DNA of 64,000 nucleotides from Escherichia coli (GTDB lineage Bacteria; Pseudomonadota; Gammaproteobacteria; Enterobacterales; Enterobacteriaceae): NCBI RefSeq assembly GCF_044647545.1, contig NZ_CP172818.1; one strand, 5' to 3'. Shown piece by piece: positions 45,480 to 60,262 of this stretch (position 1 is its first letter; each line of letters starts with the position of its first letter). The notes under the pieces were generated by a model. It saw only the letters and a program-made list of their open reading frames with translations, ran no database searches and was not told where the DNA came from. The position numbers and the translations under genes were made by a program.

Positions 45480-48400
45480 ATGAGCGGAAAACCGGCGGCG
45501 CGTCAGGGCGACATGACGCAGTATGGCGGTAGCATTGTTCAGGGTTCTGCCGGGGTGCGTATTGGTGCCCCCACCGGCGTGGCCTGTTCAGTGTGCCCCG
45601 GCGGGGTGACGTCCGGTCATCCGGTCAATCCGCTGCTGGGTGCAAAGGTCCTTCCCGGCGAAACCGACCTTGCCCTGCCCGCCCCGCTGCCGTTCATCCT
45701 CTCCCGCACCTACAGCAGTTACCGGACAAAAACGTCCGCGCCGGTGGGGAGCCTCGGCCCCGGCTGGAAAATGCCTGCGGATATCCGCTTACAGCTGCGC
45801 GATAACACACTGATACTCAGTGATAACGGCGGCAGAAGCCTGTATTTTGAGCACCTGTTTCCCGGTGAGGACGGTTACAGCCGCAGCGAGTCACTCTGGC
45901 TGGTGCGCGGCGGCGTGGCGAAACTGGATGAAGGTCACCGGCTGGCCGCACTCTGGCAGGCGCTGCCGGAAGAGCTTCGCCTGAGTCCGCATCGTTATCT
46001 GGCGACGAACAGTCCACAGGGGCCGTGGTGGGTACTCGGCTGGTGTGAGCGGGTGCCGGAGGCGGATGAGGTGCTGCCTGCGCCGCTGCCGCCGTACCGG
46101 GTACTGACCGGGCTGGTGGACCGCTTCGGGCGCACACAGACGCTCCACCGCGAAGCCGCCGGTGAATTCAGCGGCGAAATCACCGGCGTGACGGATGGTG
46201 CCGGGCGTCACTTCCGGCTGGTACTGACCACGCAGGCGCTGCGGGCAGAAGAGGCCCGGCAGCAGGCCATTTCCGGCGGGACGGAACCGTCCGCTTTTCC
46301 TGATACCCTGCCGGGTTACACCGAATATGGCCGGGACAACGGTATCCGCCTGTCCGCTGTGTGGCTGACGCACGACCCGGAATATCCGGAGAATTTACCT
46401 GCCGCGCCGCTGGTGCGCTATGGCTGGACGCCACGCGGCGAACTGGCGGTGGTGTATGACCGCAGCAATACACAGGTGCGCAGCTTTACTTACGATGATA
46501 AATACCGGGGCCGGATGGTGGCGCACCGTCACACGGGCCGGCCGGAAATCCGTTACCGTTACGACAGTGACGGGCGGGTGACAGAGCAGCTAAACCCGGC
46601 AGGCTTAAGCTACACCTACTGTTATGAGCAAAACCGCATCACCATCACCGACAGCCTGAACCGCCGTGAAGTCCTGCACACGCAGGGCGAAGGCGGGCTG
46701 AAGCGGGTGGTGAAAAAGGAACACGCGGACGGCAGCGTCACGCAGAGTCAGTTTGACGCGGTGGGCAGGCTTAAGACACAGACGGATGCCGCAGGCCGGA
46801 CAACAGAATACAGCCCGGATGTGGTGACGGGCCTCATCACGCGCATCACCACGCCGGATGGCAGGGCATCGGCGTTTTACTATAACCACCACAGCCAGTT
46901 AACGTCAGCCACCGGGCCTGACGGGCTGGAAATACGCCGGGAATATGATGAATCCGGCCGTCTGATTCAGGAAACCGCCCCTGACGGCGATATCACCCGC
47001 TACCGTTATGATAATCCACACAGTGACTTCCCCTGCGCAACGGAAGATGCCACCGGCAGCCGGAAAACCATGACGTGGAGCCGTTACGGTCAGTTGCTGA
47101 GCTTCACCGACTGTTCCGGCTACCAGACCCGTTATGACCATGACCGCTTCGGGCAGATGACGGCGGTGCACCGCGAGGAAGGCCTGAGCCAGTGCCGCGC
47201 ATACGACAGCCGTGGACAGTTAATTGCCGTGAAAGACACGCAGGGCCATGAAACGCGGTATGAATACAACATCGCCGGTGACCTGACCGCCGTCATTGCC
47301 CCGGACGGCAGCAGAAACGGGACACAGTACGATGCGTGGGGAAAGGCCATCCGTACCACGCAGGGCGGGCTGACCCGCAGTATGGAATACGATGCTGCAG
47401 GACGGGTCATCCGCCTGACAAACGAAAACGGCAGCCACACCACCTTCCGTTACGATGTACTCGACCGGCTGATACAGGAAACCGGCTTTGACGGCCGCAC
47501 ACAGCGTTACCACCACGACCTGACCGGCAAACTTATCCGCAGCGAGGATGAGGGGCTGGTCACCCACTGGCACTATGACGAAGCAGACCGCATCACGCAG
47601 CGAACGGTGAATGGTGAAACCGCAGAACAGTGGCGGTACGACGAACGCGGCTGGCTGACACAAATCAGCCATCTCAGCGAAGGGCACCGGGTGACGGTGC
47701 ATTACGGGTATGATGAGAAAGGCCGCCTGACCGGTGAGCGCCAGACGGTGCATCATCCGCAGACGGAAGCACTGCTCTGGCAGCATGAGACCAGACATGC
47801 GTACAACGCGCAGGGGCTGGCGAACCGCTGTATACCGGACAACCTGCCCGCCGTGGAATGGCTGACTTATGGCAGTGGTTACCTGGCAGGGATGAAACTC
47901 GGCGACACACCGCTGGTGGAGTACACCCGCGACCGCCTGCACCGGGAAACGCTGCGCAGCTTCGGCCGTTATGAACTCACCACCGCTTATACCCCTGCCG
48001 GGCAGTTACAGAGCCAGCACCTGAACAGCCTGCAGTATGACCGCGATTACACCTGGAACGACAACGGCGAACTCATTCGCATCAGCAGCCCGCGCCAGAC
48101 CCGGAGTTACAGCTACAGCGACTCCGGCAGGCTGACCGGCGTTCACACCACCGCAGCGAACCTGGATATCCGCATCCCGTATGCCACGGACCCGGCAGGT
48201 AACCGCCTGCCCGACCCGGAGCTGCACCCGGACAGCACCCTCAGCATGTGGCCGGATAACCGTATCGCCCGTGACGCGCACTATCTTTACCGGTATGACC
48301 GTCACGGCAGGCTGACGGAGAAAACCGACCTCATCCCGGAAGGGGTTATCCGCACGGATGATGAGCGGACTCACCGGTACCATTACGACAGCCGGCACCG

Positions 48401-49664
48401 GCTGGTGCACTACACGCGGACACAATATGCAGAGCCGCTGGTCGAAAGTCGCTATCTTTACGACCCGCTGGGCCGCAGGGTGGCAAAACGGGTGTGGCGG
48501 CGTGAACGGGACCTGACGGGCTGGATGTCGCTGTCACGGAAACCGGAAGTGACCTGGTACGGCTGGGACGGCGACCGCCTGACCACGATACAGAACGACA
48601 GAACCCGCATCCAGACGGTTTATCAGCCGGGGAGCTTCACACCACTCATCAGGGTCGAAACCGCCACCGGTGAGCAGGCGAAAACGCAGCGCCGCAGCCT
48701 GGCGGATGCGCTTCAGCAGTCCGGCGGCGAAGACGGTGGCAGTGTGGTGTTCCCGCCGGTGCTGGTGCAGATGCTCGACCGGCTGGAAAGTGAAATCCTT
48801 ACTGACCGGGTGAGTGAGGAAAGCCGCCGCTGGCTGGCATCGTGCGGCCTGACGGTGGCGCAGATGCAAAACCAGATGGACCCGGTGTACACGCCGGCGC
48901 GAAAAATCCACCTGTACCACTGCGACCATCGCGGCCTGCCGCTGGCGCTTGTCAGCACGGAAGGGGCAACAGAATGGTGCGCAGAATACGATGAGTGGGG
49001 CAACCTGCTGAATGAAGAGAACCCGCACCAGCTCATCCGCCTGCCGGGTCAGCAGTATGATGAGGAGTCCGGCCTGTATTACAACCGCCACCGCTATTAT
49101 GACCCGCTGCAGGGGCGGTATATCACTCAGGATCCGATTGGGCTGAAGGGGGGATGGAATTTTTATCAGTATCCGTTGAATCCGAACTCAAATATAGATC
49201 CATTAGGATTAGAAACACTAAAATGCATTAAGCCACTGCATTCAATGGGCGGAACTGGTGAAAGAAGCGGTCCAGATATATGGGGGAATCCGTTCTATCA
49301 TCAATATCTTTGTGTCCCAGATGGTAAAGGGGACTATACTTGTGGTGGCCAAGACCAACGGGGAGAATCAAAAGGAGATGGTCTATGGGGGCCAGGTAAA
49401 GCAAGTAATGATACAAAAGAAGCTGCTGGCCGTTGTGACCTCGTTGAAACCGATAATAGTTGTGTGGAGAACTGTTTAAAAGGGAAGTTTAAAGAGGTAA
49501 GGCCGCGTTATTCTGTATTGCCTGATATATTCACACCTATAAATTTAGGGCTATTTAAAAACTGCCAAGACTGGTCTAATGATTCTTTAGAAACATGTAA
49601 GATGAAGTGCTCCGGAAATAACATTGGACGTTTTATTAGATTTGTATTCACCGGAGTGATGTAA
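45480..49664 (+). CDS. rhsC: Rhs-family polymorphic toxin (RhsC): N-terminal PAAR-like region, YD-repeat shell, DPxGL boundary, low-GC C-terminal tip
   Basis: 1394 aa ORF; many YD/RYxYD repeats; conserved PxxxxDPIGL at 49131; composition shift after that point. Confidence 0.95.
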   Translation: MSGKPAARQGDMTQYGGSIVQGSAGVRIGAPTGVACSVCPGGVTSGHPVNPLLGAKVLPGETDLALPAPLPFILSRTYSSYRTKTSAPVGSLGPGWKMPADIRLQLRDNTLILSDNGGRSLYFEHLFPGEDGYSRSESLWLVRGGVAKLDEGHRLAALWQALPEELRLSPHRYLATNSPQGPWWVLGWCERVPEADEVLPAPLPPYRVLTGLVDRFGRTQTLHREAAGEFSGEITGVTDGAGRHFRLVLTTQALRAEEARQQAISGGTEPSAFPDTLPGYTEYGRDNGIRLSAVWLTHDPEYPENLPAAPLVRYGWTPRGELAVVYDRSNTQVRSFTYDDKYRGRMVAHRHTGRPEIRYRYDSDGRVTEQLNPAGLSYTYCYEQNRITITDSLNRREVLHTQGEGGLKRVVKKEHADGSVTQSQFDAVGRLKTQTDAAGRTTEYSPDVVTGLITRITTPDGRASAFYYNHHSQLTSATGPDGLEIRREYDESGRLIQETAPDGDITRYRYDNPHSDFPCATEDATGSRKTMTWSRYGQLLSFTDCSGYQTRYDHDRFGQMTAVHREEGLSQCRAYDSRGQLIAVKDTQGHETRYEYNIAGDLTAVIAPDGSRNGTQYDAWGKAIRTTQGGLTRSMEYDAAGRVIRLTNENGSHTTFRYDVLDRLIQETGFDGRTQRYHHDLTGKLIRSEDEGLVTHWHYDEADRITQRTVNGETAEQWRYDERGWLTQISHLSEGHRVTVHYGYDEKGRLTGERQTVHHPQTEALLWQHETRHAYNAQGLANRCIPDNLPAVEWLTYGSGYLAGMKLGDTPLVEYTRDRLHRETLRSFGRYELTTAYTPAGQLQSQHLNSLQYDRDYTWNDNGELIRISSPRQTRSYSYSDSGRLTGVHTTAANLDIRIPYATDPAGNRLPDPELHPDSTLSMWPDNRIARDAHYLYRYDRHGRLTEKTDLIPEGVIRTDDERTHRYHYDSRHRLVHYTRTQYAEPLVESRYLYDPLGRRVAKRVWRRERDLTGWMSLSRKPEVTWYGWDGDRLTTIQNDRTRIQTVYQPGSFTPLIRVETATGEQAKTQRRSLADALQQSGGEDGGSVVFPPVLVQMLDRLESEILTDRVSEESRRWLASCGLTVAQMQNQMDPVYTPARKIHLYHCDHRGLPLALVSTEGATEWCAEYDEWGNLLNEENPHQLIRLPGQQYDEESGLYYNRHRYYDPLQGRYITQDPIGLKGGWNFYQYPLNPNSNIDPLGLETLKCIKPLHSMGGTGERSGPDIWGNPFYHQYLCVPDGKGDYTCGGQDQRGESKGDGLWGPGKASNDTKEAAGRCDLVETDNSCVENCLKGKFKEVRPRYSVLPDIFTPINLGLFKNCQDWSNDSLETCKMKCSGNNIGRFIRFVFTGVM

Positions 49665-49731
49665 TGAAATATATTATTTTTTATTCAGAGCTATATGGCT
49701 GGCTTTATCGCTTTTAATACTATTCTTTTCC

Positions 49732-49989
49732 ATGCATAGACTTTCACTATTAGACTCCACTCGTGATGTGAGCGAGTTAATTAGTCTCATGTCTTATGGA
49801 ATGATGGTAATATGTTTTCCAACAGGCATAGTATTCTTTATTGCTCTAATATTTATAGGGACTGTTTCAGACATTATTGGCGTAAGGATTGATAGTAAGT
49901 ATATTATGGCGATAATAATATGGCTTTATTTTCTGTCAGGAGGGTATGTTCAATGGTTTGTATTAAGTAAGCGCATTATAAACAAATAA
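49732..49989 (+). CDS. ybfB: YbfB-like small membrane protein, likely RhsC-tip immunity protein; N-terminus apparently frameshifted
   Basis: 85 aa hydrophobic ORF immediately downstream of rhsC; an ATG at 49664 overlapping the rhsC stop opens a 17-codon ORF that would fuse to this frame with one extra T in the T6 tract at 49677..49682. Confidence 0.6.
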   Translation: MHRLSLLDSTRDVSELISLMSYGMMVICFPTGIVFFIALIFIGTVSDIIGVRIDSKYIMAIIIWLYFLSGGYVQWFVLSKRIINK

Positions 49990-50024
49990 ATTAAGTTAAT
50001 TGCTCTTATTATTATATGTAACCT

Positions 50025-51054
50025 GGGCATTGATATCCCGTATGCCACAGACCCGGCAGGTAACCGCCTGCCCGACCCGGAGCTGCACCCGGACAGCACC
50101 CTCAGCATGTGGCCGGATAACCGTATCGCCCGTGACGCGCACTACCTTTACCGGTATGACCGTCACGGCAGGCTGACAGAGAAAACCGACCTCATCCCGG
50201 AAGGGGTTATCCGCACGGATGATGAGCGGACTCACCGGTACCATTACGACAGCCGGCACCGGCTGGTGCACTACACGCGGACACAATACGCAGAGCCGCT
50301 GGTCGAAAGTCGCTATCTTTACGACCCGCTGGGCCGCAGGGTGGCAAAACGGGTGTGGCGGCGTGAACGGGACCTGACGGGCTGGATGTCGCTGTCACGG
50401 AAACCGGAAGTGACCTGGTACGGCTGGGACGGCGACCGGCTGACCACGATACAGAACGACAGAACCCGCATCCAGACGGTTTATCAGCCGGGGAGCTTCA
50501 CGCCACTCATCAGGGTCGAAACCGCCACCGGTGAGCTGGCGAAAACGCAGCGCCGCAGCCTGGCGGATGCGCTTCAGCAGTCCGGCGGCGAAGACGGTGG
50601 CAGTGTGGTGTTCCCGCCGGTGCTGGTGCAGATGCTCGACCGGCTGGAAAGTGAAATCCTGGCTGACCGGGTGAGTGAGGAAAGCCGCCGCTGGCTGGCA
50701 TCGTGCGGCCTGACGGTGGCGCAGATACAAAACCAGATGGACCCGGTGTACACGCCGGCGCGAAAAATCCACCTGTACCACTGCGACCATCGCGGCCTGC
50801 CGCTGGCGCTTGTCAGCACGGAAGGGGCAACAGAATGGTGCGCAGAATACGATGAGTGGGGCAACCTGCTGAATGAAGAGAACCCGCACCAGCTCATCCG
50901 CCTGCCGGGTCAGCAGTATGATGAGGAGTCCGGCCTGTATTACAACCGCCACCGCTATTATGACCCGCTGCAGGGGCGGTATATCACTCAGGATCCGATT
51001 GGGCTGAAGGGGGGATGGAACCTGTATACACGCGCCGGGATATTCTACTCCTGA
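50025..51054 (+). pseudogene. ybfO: Orphan Rhs C-terminal core fragment, truncated just after [10 protein letters not shown]
   Basis: About 1 kb around 99% identical to rhsC 48165..49163; no start codon at the homology boundary; reads into an H-repeat fragment. Confidence 0.8.
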
Positions 51055-51150
51055 CTATTTGTGTCATCATTTCCGGTGCCGAAGGTTGAGAGGATCTTGA
51101 AAATTATGGCGAGACGCATCACTATTTTCTGAAGCGATATGGTGATTACG
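51017..51150 (+). mobile_element. H-repeat (ISAs1-like) internal fragment
   Basis: Homologous to codons about 26-70 of the transposase at 51322..52458, with stop codons. Confidence 0.6.
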
Positions 51151-51195
51151 AGAATGGAATAACCAGAATGGAATCCCAGGGAAAGATCACGTAAC

Positions 51196-52466
51196 GCTGC
51201 ATTTTTTGTACTAAACAATTCGCATTTTATGTTTAAAAATTGAGATATTCCTCATTACCTGAAGCTGTTTTTTATTGCTTATACATGATCAAATACTCCT
51301 TACATAATTAAGGAGAACAAAATGGAACTTAAAAAATTGATGGAACATATTTCTATTATCCCCGATTACAGACAAGCCTGGAAAGTGGAACATAAATTAT
51401 CGGACATTCTACTGTTGACTATTTGTGCCGTTATTTCTGGTGCAGAAGGCTGGGAAGATATAGAGGATTTTGGGGAAACACATCTCGATTTTTTGAAGCA
51501 ATATGGTGATTTTGAAAATGGTATTCCTGTTCACGATACCATTGCCAGAGTTGTATCCTGTATCAGTCCTGCAAAATTTCACGAGTGCTTTATTAACTGG
51601 ATGCGTGACTGCCATTCTTCAGATGATAAAGGCGTCATTGCAATTGATGGAAAAACGCTCCGGCACTCTTATGACAAGAGTCGCCGCAGGGGAGCGATTC
51701 ATGTCATTAGTGCGTTCTCAACAATGCACAGTCTGGTCATCGGACAGATCAAGACGGATGAGAAATCCAATGAGATTACAGCTATCCCAGAACTTCTTAA
51801 CATGCTGGATATTAAAGGAAAAATCATCACAACTGATGCGATGGGTTGCCAGAAAGATATTGCAGAGAAGATACAAAAACAGGGAGGTGATTATTTATTC
51901 GCTGTAAAAGGAAATCAGGGGCGGCTTAATAAAGCCTTTGAGGAAAAATTTCCACTGAAAGAATTAAATAATCCAGAGCATGACAGTTACGCAATGAGTG
52001 AAAAGAGTCACGGCAGAGAAGAAATCCGTCTTCACATTGTTTGCGATGTCCCTGATGAACTTATTGATTTCACGTTTGAATGGAAAGGTCTGAAGAAATT
52101 ATGCGTGGCAGTCTCCTTTCGGTCAATAATAGCAGAACAAAAGAAAGAGCCAGAAATGACGGTCAGATATTATATCAGTTCTGCTGATTTAACCGCAGAG
52201 AAGTTCGCCACAGCAATCCGAAACCACTGGCACGTGGAGAATAAGCTGCACTGGCGTCTGGACGTGGTAATGAATGAAGACGACTGCAAAATAAGAAGAG
52301 GAAACGCCGCAGAATTATTTTCAGGGATACGGCACATCGCTATTAATATTTTAACGAATGATAAGGTATTCAAGGCAGGGTTAAGACGTAAGATGCGAAA
52401 AGCTGCCATGGACAGAAACTATCTCGCGTCAGTCCTTGCGGGGAGCGGGCTTTCGTAATCTTTCCC
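51196..52466 (+). mobile_element. H-repeat element copy 1 (Rhs-associated ISAs1-family element)
   Basis: About 125-bp leader repeated verbatim at 52467..52588; contains an intact 378-aa ORF. Confidence 0.7.
51322..52458 (+). CDS. ybfL: H repeat-associated protein / ISAs1-family DDE transposase
   Basis: 378 aa intact ORF; gene symbol assigned from K-12 order and is uncertain. Confidence 0.8.
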   Translation: MELKKLMEHISIIPDYRQAWKVEHKLSDILLLTICAVISGAEGWEDIEDFGETHLDFLKQYGDFENGIPVHDTIARVVSCISPAKFHECFINWMRDCHSSDDKGVIAIDGKTLRHSYDKSRRRGAIHVISAFSTMHSLVIGQIKTDEKSNEITAIPELLNMLDIKGKIITTDAMGCQKDIAEKIQKQGGDYLFAVKGNQGRLNKAFEEKFPLKELNNPEHDSYAMSEKSHGREEIRLHIVCDVPDELIDFTFEWKGLKKLCVAVSFRSIIAEQKKEPEMTVRYYISSADLTAEKFATAIRNHWHVENKLHWRLDVVMNEDDCKIRRGNAAELFSGIRHIAINILTNDKVFKAGLRRKMRKAAMDRNYLASVLAGSGLS

Positions 52467-53340
52467 TGCTTTTTGTACTAAATAATTCGCATTTTATGTT
52501 TAAAAATTGAGATATTCCTCATTACCTGAAGCTGTTTTTTATTGCTTATACATGATCAAATACTCCTTACATAATTAAGGAGAACAAAATGGTACTTAAA
52601 AAATTGATAGAACATATTTCTATTATCCCCGATTACAGACAAGCCTGGAAAGTGGAACATAAATTATCGGATATTCTACTGTTGACTATTTGTGCCGTTA
52701 TTTCTGGTGCAGAAGGCTGGGAAGATATAGAGGATTTTGGGGAAACACATCTCGATTTTTTGAAGCAATATGGTATTTTGAAAATGTATTCCTTTCACGA
52801 TACCATTGCCAGAGTTGTATCCTGTATCAGTCCTGCAAAATTTCACGAGTGCTTTATTAACTGGATGCGTACTGCCATTCTTCAGATGATAAAAGTTATT
52901 GCAATTGATGGAAAAACGCTCCGGCACTCTTATGACAAGAGTCGCCGCAGGGGAGCGATTCATGTCATTAGTGCGTTCTCAACAATGCACAGTCTTCATC
53001 GGAAGATCAGGAGGATGAGAAATCTAATGAGATTACAGCTATCCCTGAACTTCTTTACATGTTGGACATTAAAGGAAAAATCATCACAACTGATGCGATG
53101 GTTGCCAGAAAGATATTGCAGAGAAGATACAAAAACAGGATATTATTTATTCGCTGAAAATGAAACCAGGGGCGCTAAATAAAGCCTTCGAGAAAAATTT
53201 CCGCTGAAAGAATTAAATAATCCAGAGCATGACATTACGCAATGAGTGAAAAGAGTCACGGCAGAGAAGAAATCCGTCTTCACATTGTTTGCGATGTCCC
53301 TGATGAACTTATTGATTTCACGTTTGAATGGAAAGGAGCA
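52467..53340 (+). pseudogene. ybfD: H-repeat element copy 2, degenerate and 3'-truncated ISAs1-family transposase
   Basis: Same leader and 5' coding sequence as copy 1 but with at least ten small deletions or substitutions causing frameshifts; homology ends near codon 256. Confidence 0.7.
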
Positions 53341-53440
53341 GAGAAACACGAGCAGGCGGGGAGCAGCGAAACCGCACAACAGAAACCACATCTTTTTTTC
53401 GGCGTCTACACTTACTCCTGTAAACCGTTCAGGAGCAGTA

Positions 53441-53946
53441 ATGAATCAACAACTTTTTGATGACAGCACCCTTATCCGCATTTTTGCTTTGCATGAGTTA
53501 CACAATCTCAAAGATCGAGGACTAACGCGCGGGGCGCTTCTCGATTATCACAGCCGCTATAAACTCGTCTTTCTGGCTCATTCCCAGCCGGAATACCGCA
53601 AACTTGGCCCGTTCGTGGCTGATATTCACCAGTGGCAAAATCTGGATGACTATTACAACCAGTACCGCCAACGCGTAGTTGTTTTGCTTTCTCACCCCGC
53701 CAACCGACGTGACCACACCAATGTTTTGATGCACGTTCAGGGTTATTTTCGCCCTCATATTGATTCCACAGAACGCCAGCAGCTGGCGGCGCTTATCGAC
53801 AGTTATCGCGGTGGCGAGCAACCGCTTCTTGCGCCGCTGATGCGTATCAAACACTATATGGCGCTTTATCCTGACGCCTGGCTTTCAGGGCAGCGTTATT
53901 TCGAACTTTGGCCGCGTGTGATTAACTTGCGCCATTCAGGAGTTTT

Positions 53947-53950
<4 letters not shown>
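53441..53950 (+). CDS. ybgA: DUF1722 protein YbgA
   Basis: ORF 53246..53950; start MNQQLFDD preceded by AGGAGC; 169 aa; stop overlaps phr start. Confidence 0.85.
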
Positions 53951-57067
<3,117 letters not shown>

Positions 57068-57154
57068 TTAATATGTCAAAAGATTGGCTATCGACGAACA
57101 GGCGAGGTAACGCTATGTTAACGGTGTAGCTATCAGAATACGGAAGGCGCGAAG

Positions 57155-57898
57155 ATGAAAAACACCGAACTGGAACAACTGATTAACGAAAAACTGAACA
57201 GCGCGGCGATTAGTGATTACGCGCCGAATGGTTTGCAGGTGGAAGGCAAAGAGACGGTGCAAAAAATTGTTACCGGTGTCACCGCCAGCCAGGCTTTGCT
57301 CGATGAAGCGGTGCGTCTGGGAGCGGATGCGGTCATTGTGCATCATGGCTACTTCTGGAAAGGTGAATCTCCGGTCATTCGCGGAATGAAGCGTAACCGT
57401 TTAAAAACGTTGCTGGCGAATGATATCAACCTGTATGGCTGGCATCTGCCCCTGGACGCGCATCCGGAGCTGGGTAATAACGCACAACTGGCGGCGTTAC
57501 TGGGGATCACGGTCATGGGCGAAATTGAGCCGTTGGTGCCGTGGGGCGAACTGACCATGCCTGTGCCGGGACTGGAACTGGCCTCCTGGATTGAAGCGCG
57601 TCTGGGACGTAAGCCGTTATGGTGTGGCGATACCGGACCTGAGGTGGTCCAGCGCGTCGCCTGGTGCACGGGGGGCGGGCAAAGTTTTATCGATAGCGCC
57701 GCGCGTTTTGGCGTGGATGCTTTTATTACTGGCGAAGTTTCTGAACAGACCATTCATTCAGCCCGCGAGCAGGGATTGCATTTTTATGCTGCGGGTCACC
57801 ATGCCACTGAACGCGGTGGTATTCGCGCGTTGAGCGAGTGGCTGAATGAAAATACCGATCTTGATGTGACCTTTATTGATATTCCTAATCCTGCATAA
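57155..57898 (+). CDS. ybgI: NIF3-family metal-binding protein
   Basis: 247 aa ORF. Confidence 0.9.
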   Translation: MKNTELEQLINEKLNSAAISDYAPNGLQVEGKETVQKIVTGVTASQALLDEAVRLGADAVIVHHGYFWKGESPVIRGMKRNRLKTLLANDINLYGWHLPLDAHPELGNNAQLAALLGITVMGEIEPLVPWGELTMPVPGLELASWIEARLGRKPLWCGDTGPEVVQRVAWCTGGGQSFIDSAARFGVDAFITGEVSEQTIHSAREQGLHFYAAGHHATERGGIRALSEWLNENTDLDVTFIDIPNPA

Positions 57899-57920
57899 CG
57901 AATAATCAGAGGGATCGAAA

Positions 57921-58577
57921 GTGCAACGAGCGCGTTGTTATCTGATAGGTGAAACGGCGGTAGTGCTGGAGCTGGAACCGCCGGTGACGCTGGCTAGCCA
58001 GAAACGGATCTGGCGACTGGCGCAGCGTCTGGTGGATATGCCGAATGTGGTTGAAGTCATTCCCGGCATGAACAATATCACGGTGATTTTACGTAATCCT
58101 GAGTCGCTGGCGCTGGATGCCATAGAGCGTTTGCAACGCTGGTGGGAGGAGAGTGAGGCGCTGGAGCCGGAGTCTCGCTTTATTGAAATTCCGGTGGTTT
58201 ACGGTGGTGCAGGCGGACCGGATTTAGCGGTGGTCGCGGCGCATTGTGGGTTGAGTGAGAAACAGGTTGTTGAATTGCACTCCTCCGTGGAATACGTGGT
58301 CTGGTTTTTAGGTTTTCAACCGGGCTTCCCGTATCTCGGGAGTTTGCCGGAACAACTACACACGCCACGGCGCGCTGAACCGCGCTTGCTCGTTCCGGCA
58401 GGTTCTGTCGGGATCGGCGGGCCGCAGACCGGTGTTTATCCGCTGGCAACGCCGGGTGGCTGGCAGTTGATTGGTCATACCTCACTCAGCCTGTTTGATC
58501 CGGCGCGTGACGAACCCATCTTATTACGTCCGGGAGACAGCGTGCGCTTTGTACCGCAAAAGGAGGGAGTATGCTGA
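57921..58577 (+). CDS. pxpB: 5-oxoprolinase subunit B
   Basis: 218 aa ORF (ybgJ), operon with pxpC/pxpA. Confidence 0.85.
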   Translation: MQRARCYLIGETAVVLELEPPVTLASQKRIWRLAQRLVDMPNVVEVIPGMNNITVILRNPESLALDAIERLQRWWEESEALEPESRFIEIPVVYGGAGGPDLAVVAAHCGLSEKQVVELHSSVEYVVWFLGFQPGFPYLGSLPEQLHTPRRAEPRLLVPAGSVGIGGPQTGVYPLATPGGWQLIGHTSLSLFDPARDEPILLRPGDSVRFVPQKEGVC

Positions 58578-59503
58578 AGATTATTCGTGCGGGCATGTAT
58601 ACCACTGTGCAAGATGGCGGTCGTCACGGTTTTCGCCAGTCGGGTATCAGCCACTGCGGCGCACTGGATATGCCTGCGCTGCGCATTGCTAACCTGCTGG
58701 TGGGTAATGACGCCAATGCCCCCGCGCTGGAGATCACGCTCGGTCAGTTAACGGTTGAGTTCGAAACTGATGGGTGGTTTGCTCTGACGGGTGCCGGTTG
58801 CGAAGCGCGGCTGGATGATAACGCCGTCTGGACCGGCTGGCGATTGCCGATGAAAGCAGGCCAGCGTTTAACGCTTAAACGCCCGCAGCACGGGATGCGC
58901 AGTTATCTGGCGGTCGCGGGTGGTATTGATGTTCCGCCGGTAATGGGGTCATGCAGCACCGATCTCAAAGTGGGGATTGGCGGGCTGGAAGGCCGTTTAC
59001 TGAAGGATGGTGACCGACTCCCGATTGGCAAAGCGAAGCGTGATTTTATGGAAGCGCTGGGCGTTAAACAGCTGCTGTGGGGCAACCGCATTCGCGCCTT
59101 GCCGGGGCCGGAATATCATGAGTTCGATCGCGCCTCGCAGGATGCATTCTGGCGTTCGCCCTGGCAGCTTAGCTCGCAAAGTAACCGGATGGGCTATCGC
59201 TTACAGGGGCAAATTTTAAAACGCACCACCGATCGCGAACTGTTATCTCATGGTTTGTTGCCGGGCGTGGTGCAGGTGCCGCATAACGGCCAGCCGATTG
59301 TATTGATGAACGACGCACAGACCACCGGTGGTTATCCGCGTATTGCCTGTATCATTGAGGCTGATATGTACCATCTGGCGCAAATTCCGCTCGGTCAGCC
59401 GATTCATTTTGTCCAGTGTTCACTGGAAGAGGCACTGAAAGCACGGCAAGATCAGCAACGTTATTTCGAACAATTAGCGTGGCGGCTGCACAATGAAAAT
59501 TGA
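58571..59503 (+). CDS. pxpC: 5-oxoprolinase subunit C
   Basis: 310 aa ORF (ybgK), overlapping start. Confidence 0.85.
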   Translation: MLKIIRAGMYTTVQDGGRHGFRQSGISHCGALDMPALRIANLLVGNDANAPALEITLGQLTVEFETDGWFALTGAGCEARLDDNAVWTGWRLPMKAGQRLTLKRPQHGMRSYLAVAGGIDVPPVMGSCSTDLKVGIGGLEGRLLKDGDRLPIGKAKRDFMEALGVKQLLWGNRIRALPGPEYHEFDRASQDAFWRSPWQLSSQSNRMGYRLQGQILKRTTDRELLSHGLLPGVVQVPHNGQPIVLMNDAQTTGGYPRIACIIEADMYHLAQIPLGQPIHFVQCSLEEALKARQDQQRYFEQLAWRLHNEN

Positions 59504-60227
59504 CCTGAACGCCGATCTGGGCGAAGGCTGTGTCAGCGACGCAGAGCTATTAACGCTGGTTTCCTCTGCCAATATTGCCTGTGGATTTCATGCTGGCGAT
59601 GCGCAAATCATGCACGCTTGCGTGCGTGAAGCAATAAAAAATGGTGTCGCGATTGGCGCTCATCCGAGTTTTCCTGACAGGGAAAATTTTGGTCGCAGCG
59701 CTATGCAGCTGCCGCCAGAAACCGTTTACGCCCAGACGCTGTATCAAATTGGCGCGCTGGCAGCGATTGCCCGTGCGCAAGGCGGCGTAATGCGTCATGT
59801 CAAACCGCACGGCATGTTATACAACCAGGCGGCGAAAGAGGCACAACTGGCAGACGCCATCGCCAGAGCGGTATACGCTTGCGATCCGGCATTGATTCTC
59901 GTCGGGCTGGCGGGAAGCGAGCTGATTCGTGCAGGCAAGCAATATGGCCTGACAACGCGCGAGGAAGTGTTTGCCGATCGCGGTTATCAGGCAGACGGTT
60001 CGCTGGTGCCGCGAAGCCAGCCAGGCGCGTTGATTGAAAACGAAGAACAGGCGCTGGCGCAAACGTTGGAGATGGTGCAACACGGCAGAGTCAAAAGTAT
60101 CACCGGCGAATGGGCAACGGTCACGGCGCAAACGGTCTGCCTGCATGGCGATGGCGAGCACGCACTGGCGTTCGCCCGCCGATTACGAGCTACATTTGCT
60201 GAAAAGGGGATTGTTGTCGCAGCATAA
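59493..60227 (+). CDS. pxpA: 5-oxoprolinase subunit A (LamB/YcsF family)
   Basis: 244 aa ORF (ybgL). Confidence 0.85.
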   Translation: MKIDLNADLGEGCVSDAELLTLVSSANIACGFHAGDAQIMHACVREAIKNGVAIGAHPSFPDRENFGRSAMQLPPETVYAQTLYQIGALAAIARAQGGVMRHVKPHGMLYNQAAKEAQLADAIARAVYACDPALILVGLAGSELIRAGKQYGLTTREEVFADRGYQADGSLVPRSQPGALIENEEQALAQTLEMVQHGRVKSITGEWATVTAQTVCLHGDGEHALAFARRLRATFAEKGIVVAA

Positions 60228-60262
60228 CCCCGCTTAATAAAGAATGAAAAAAGGATATCACC

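Noticed and set aside
45817-49091. Multiple 60-240 aa antisense and out-of-frame ORFs within rhsC
   Set aside because: Expected in a GC-rich repetitive YD-repeat gene; Pro/Arg/Ala-rich, no independent signals.
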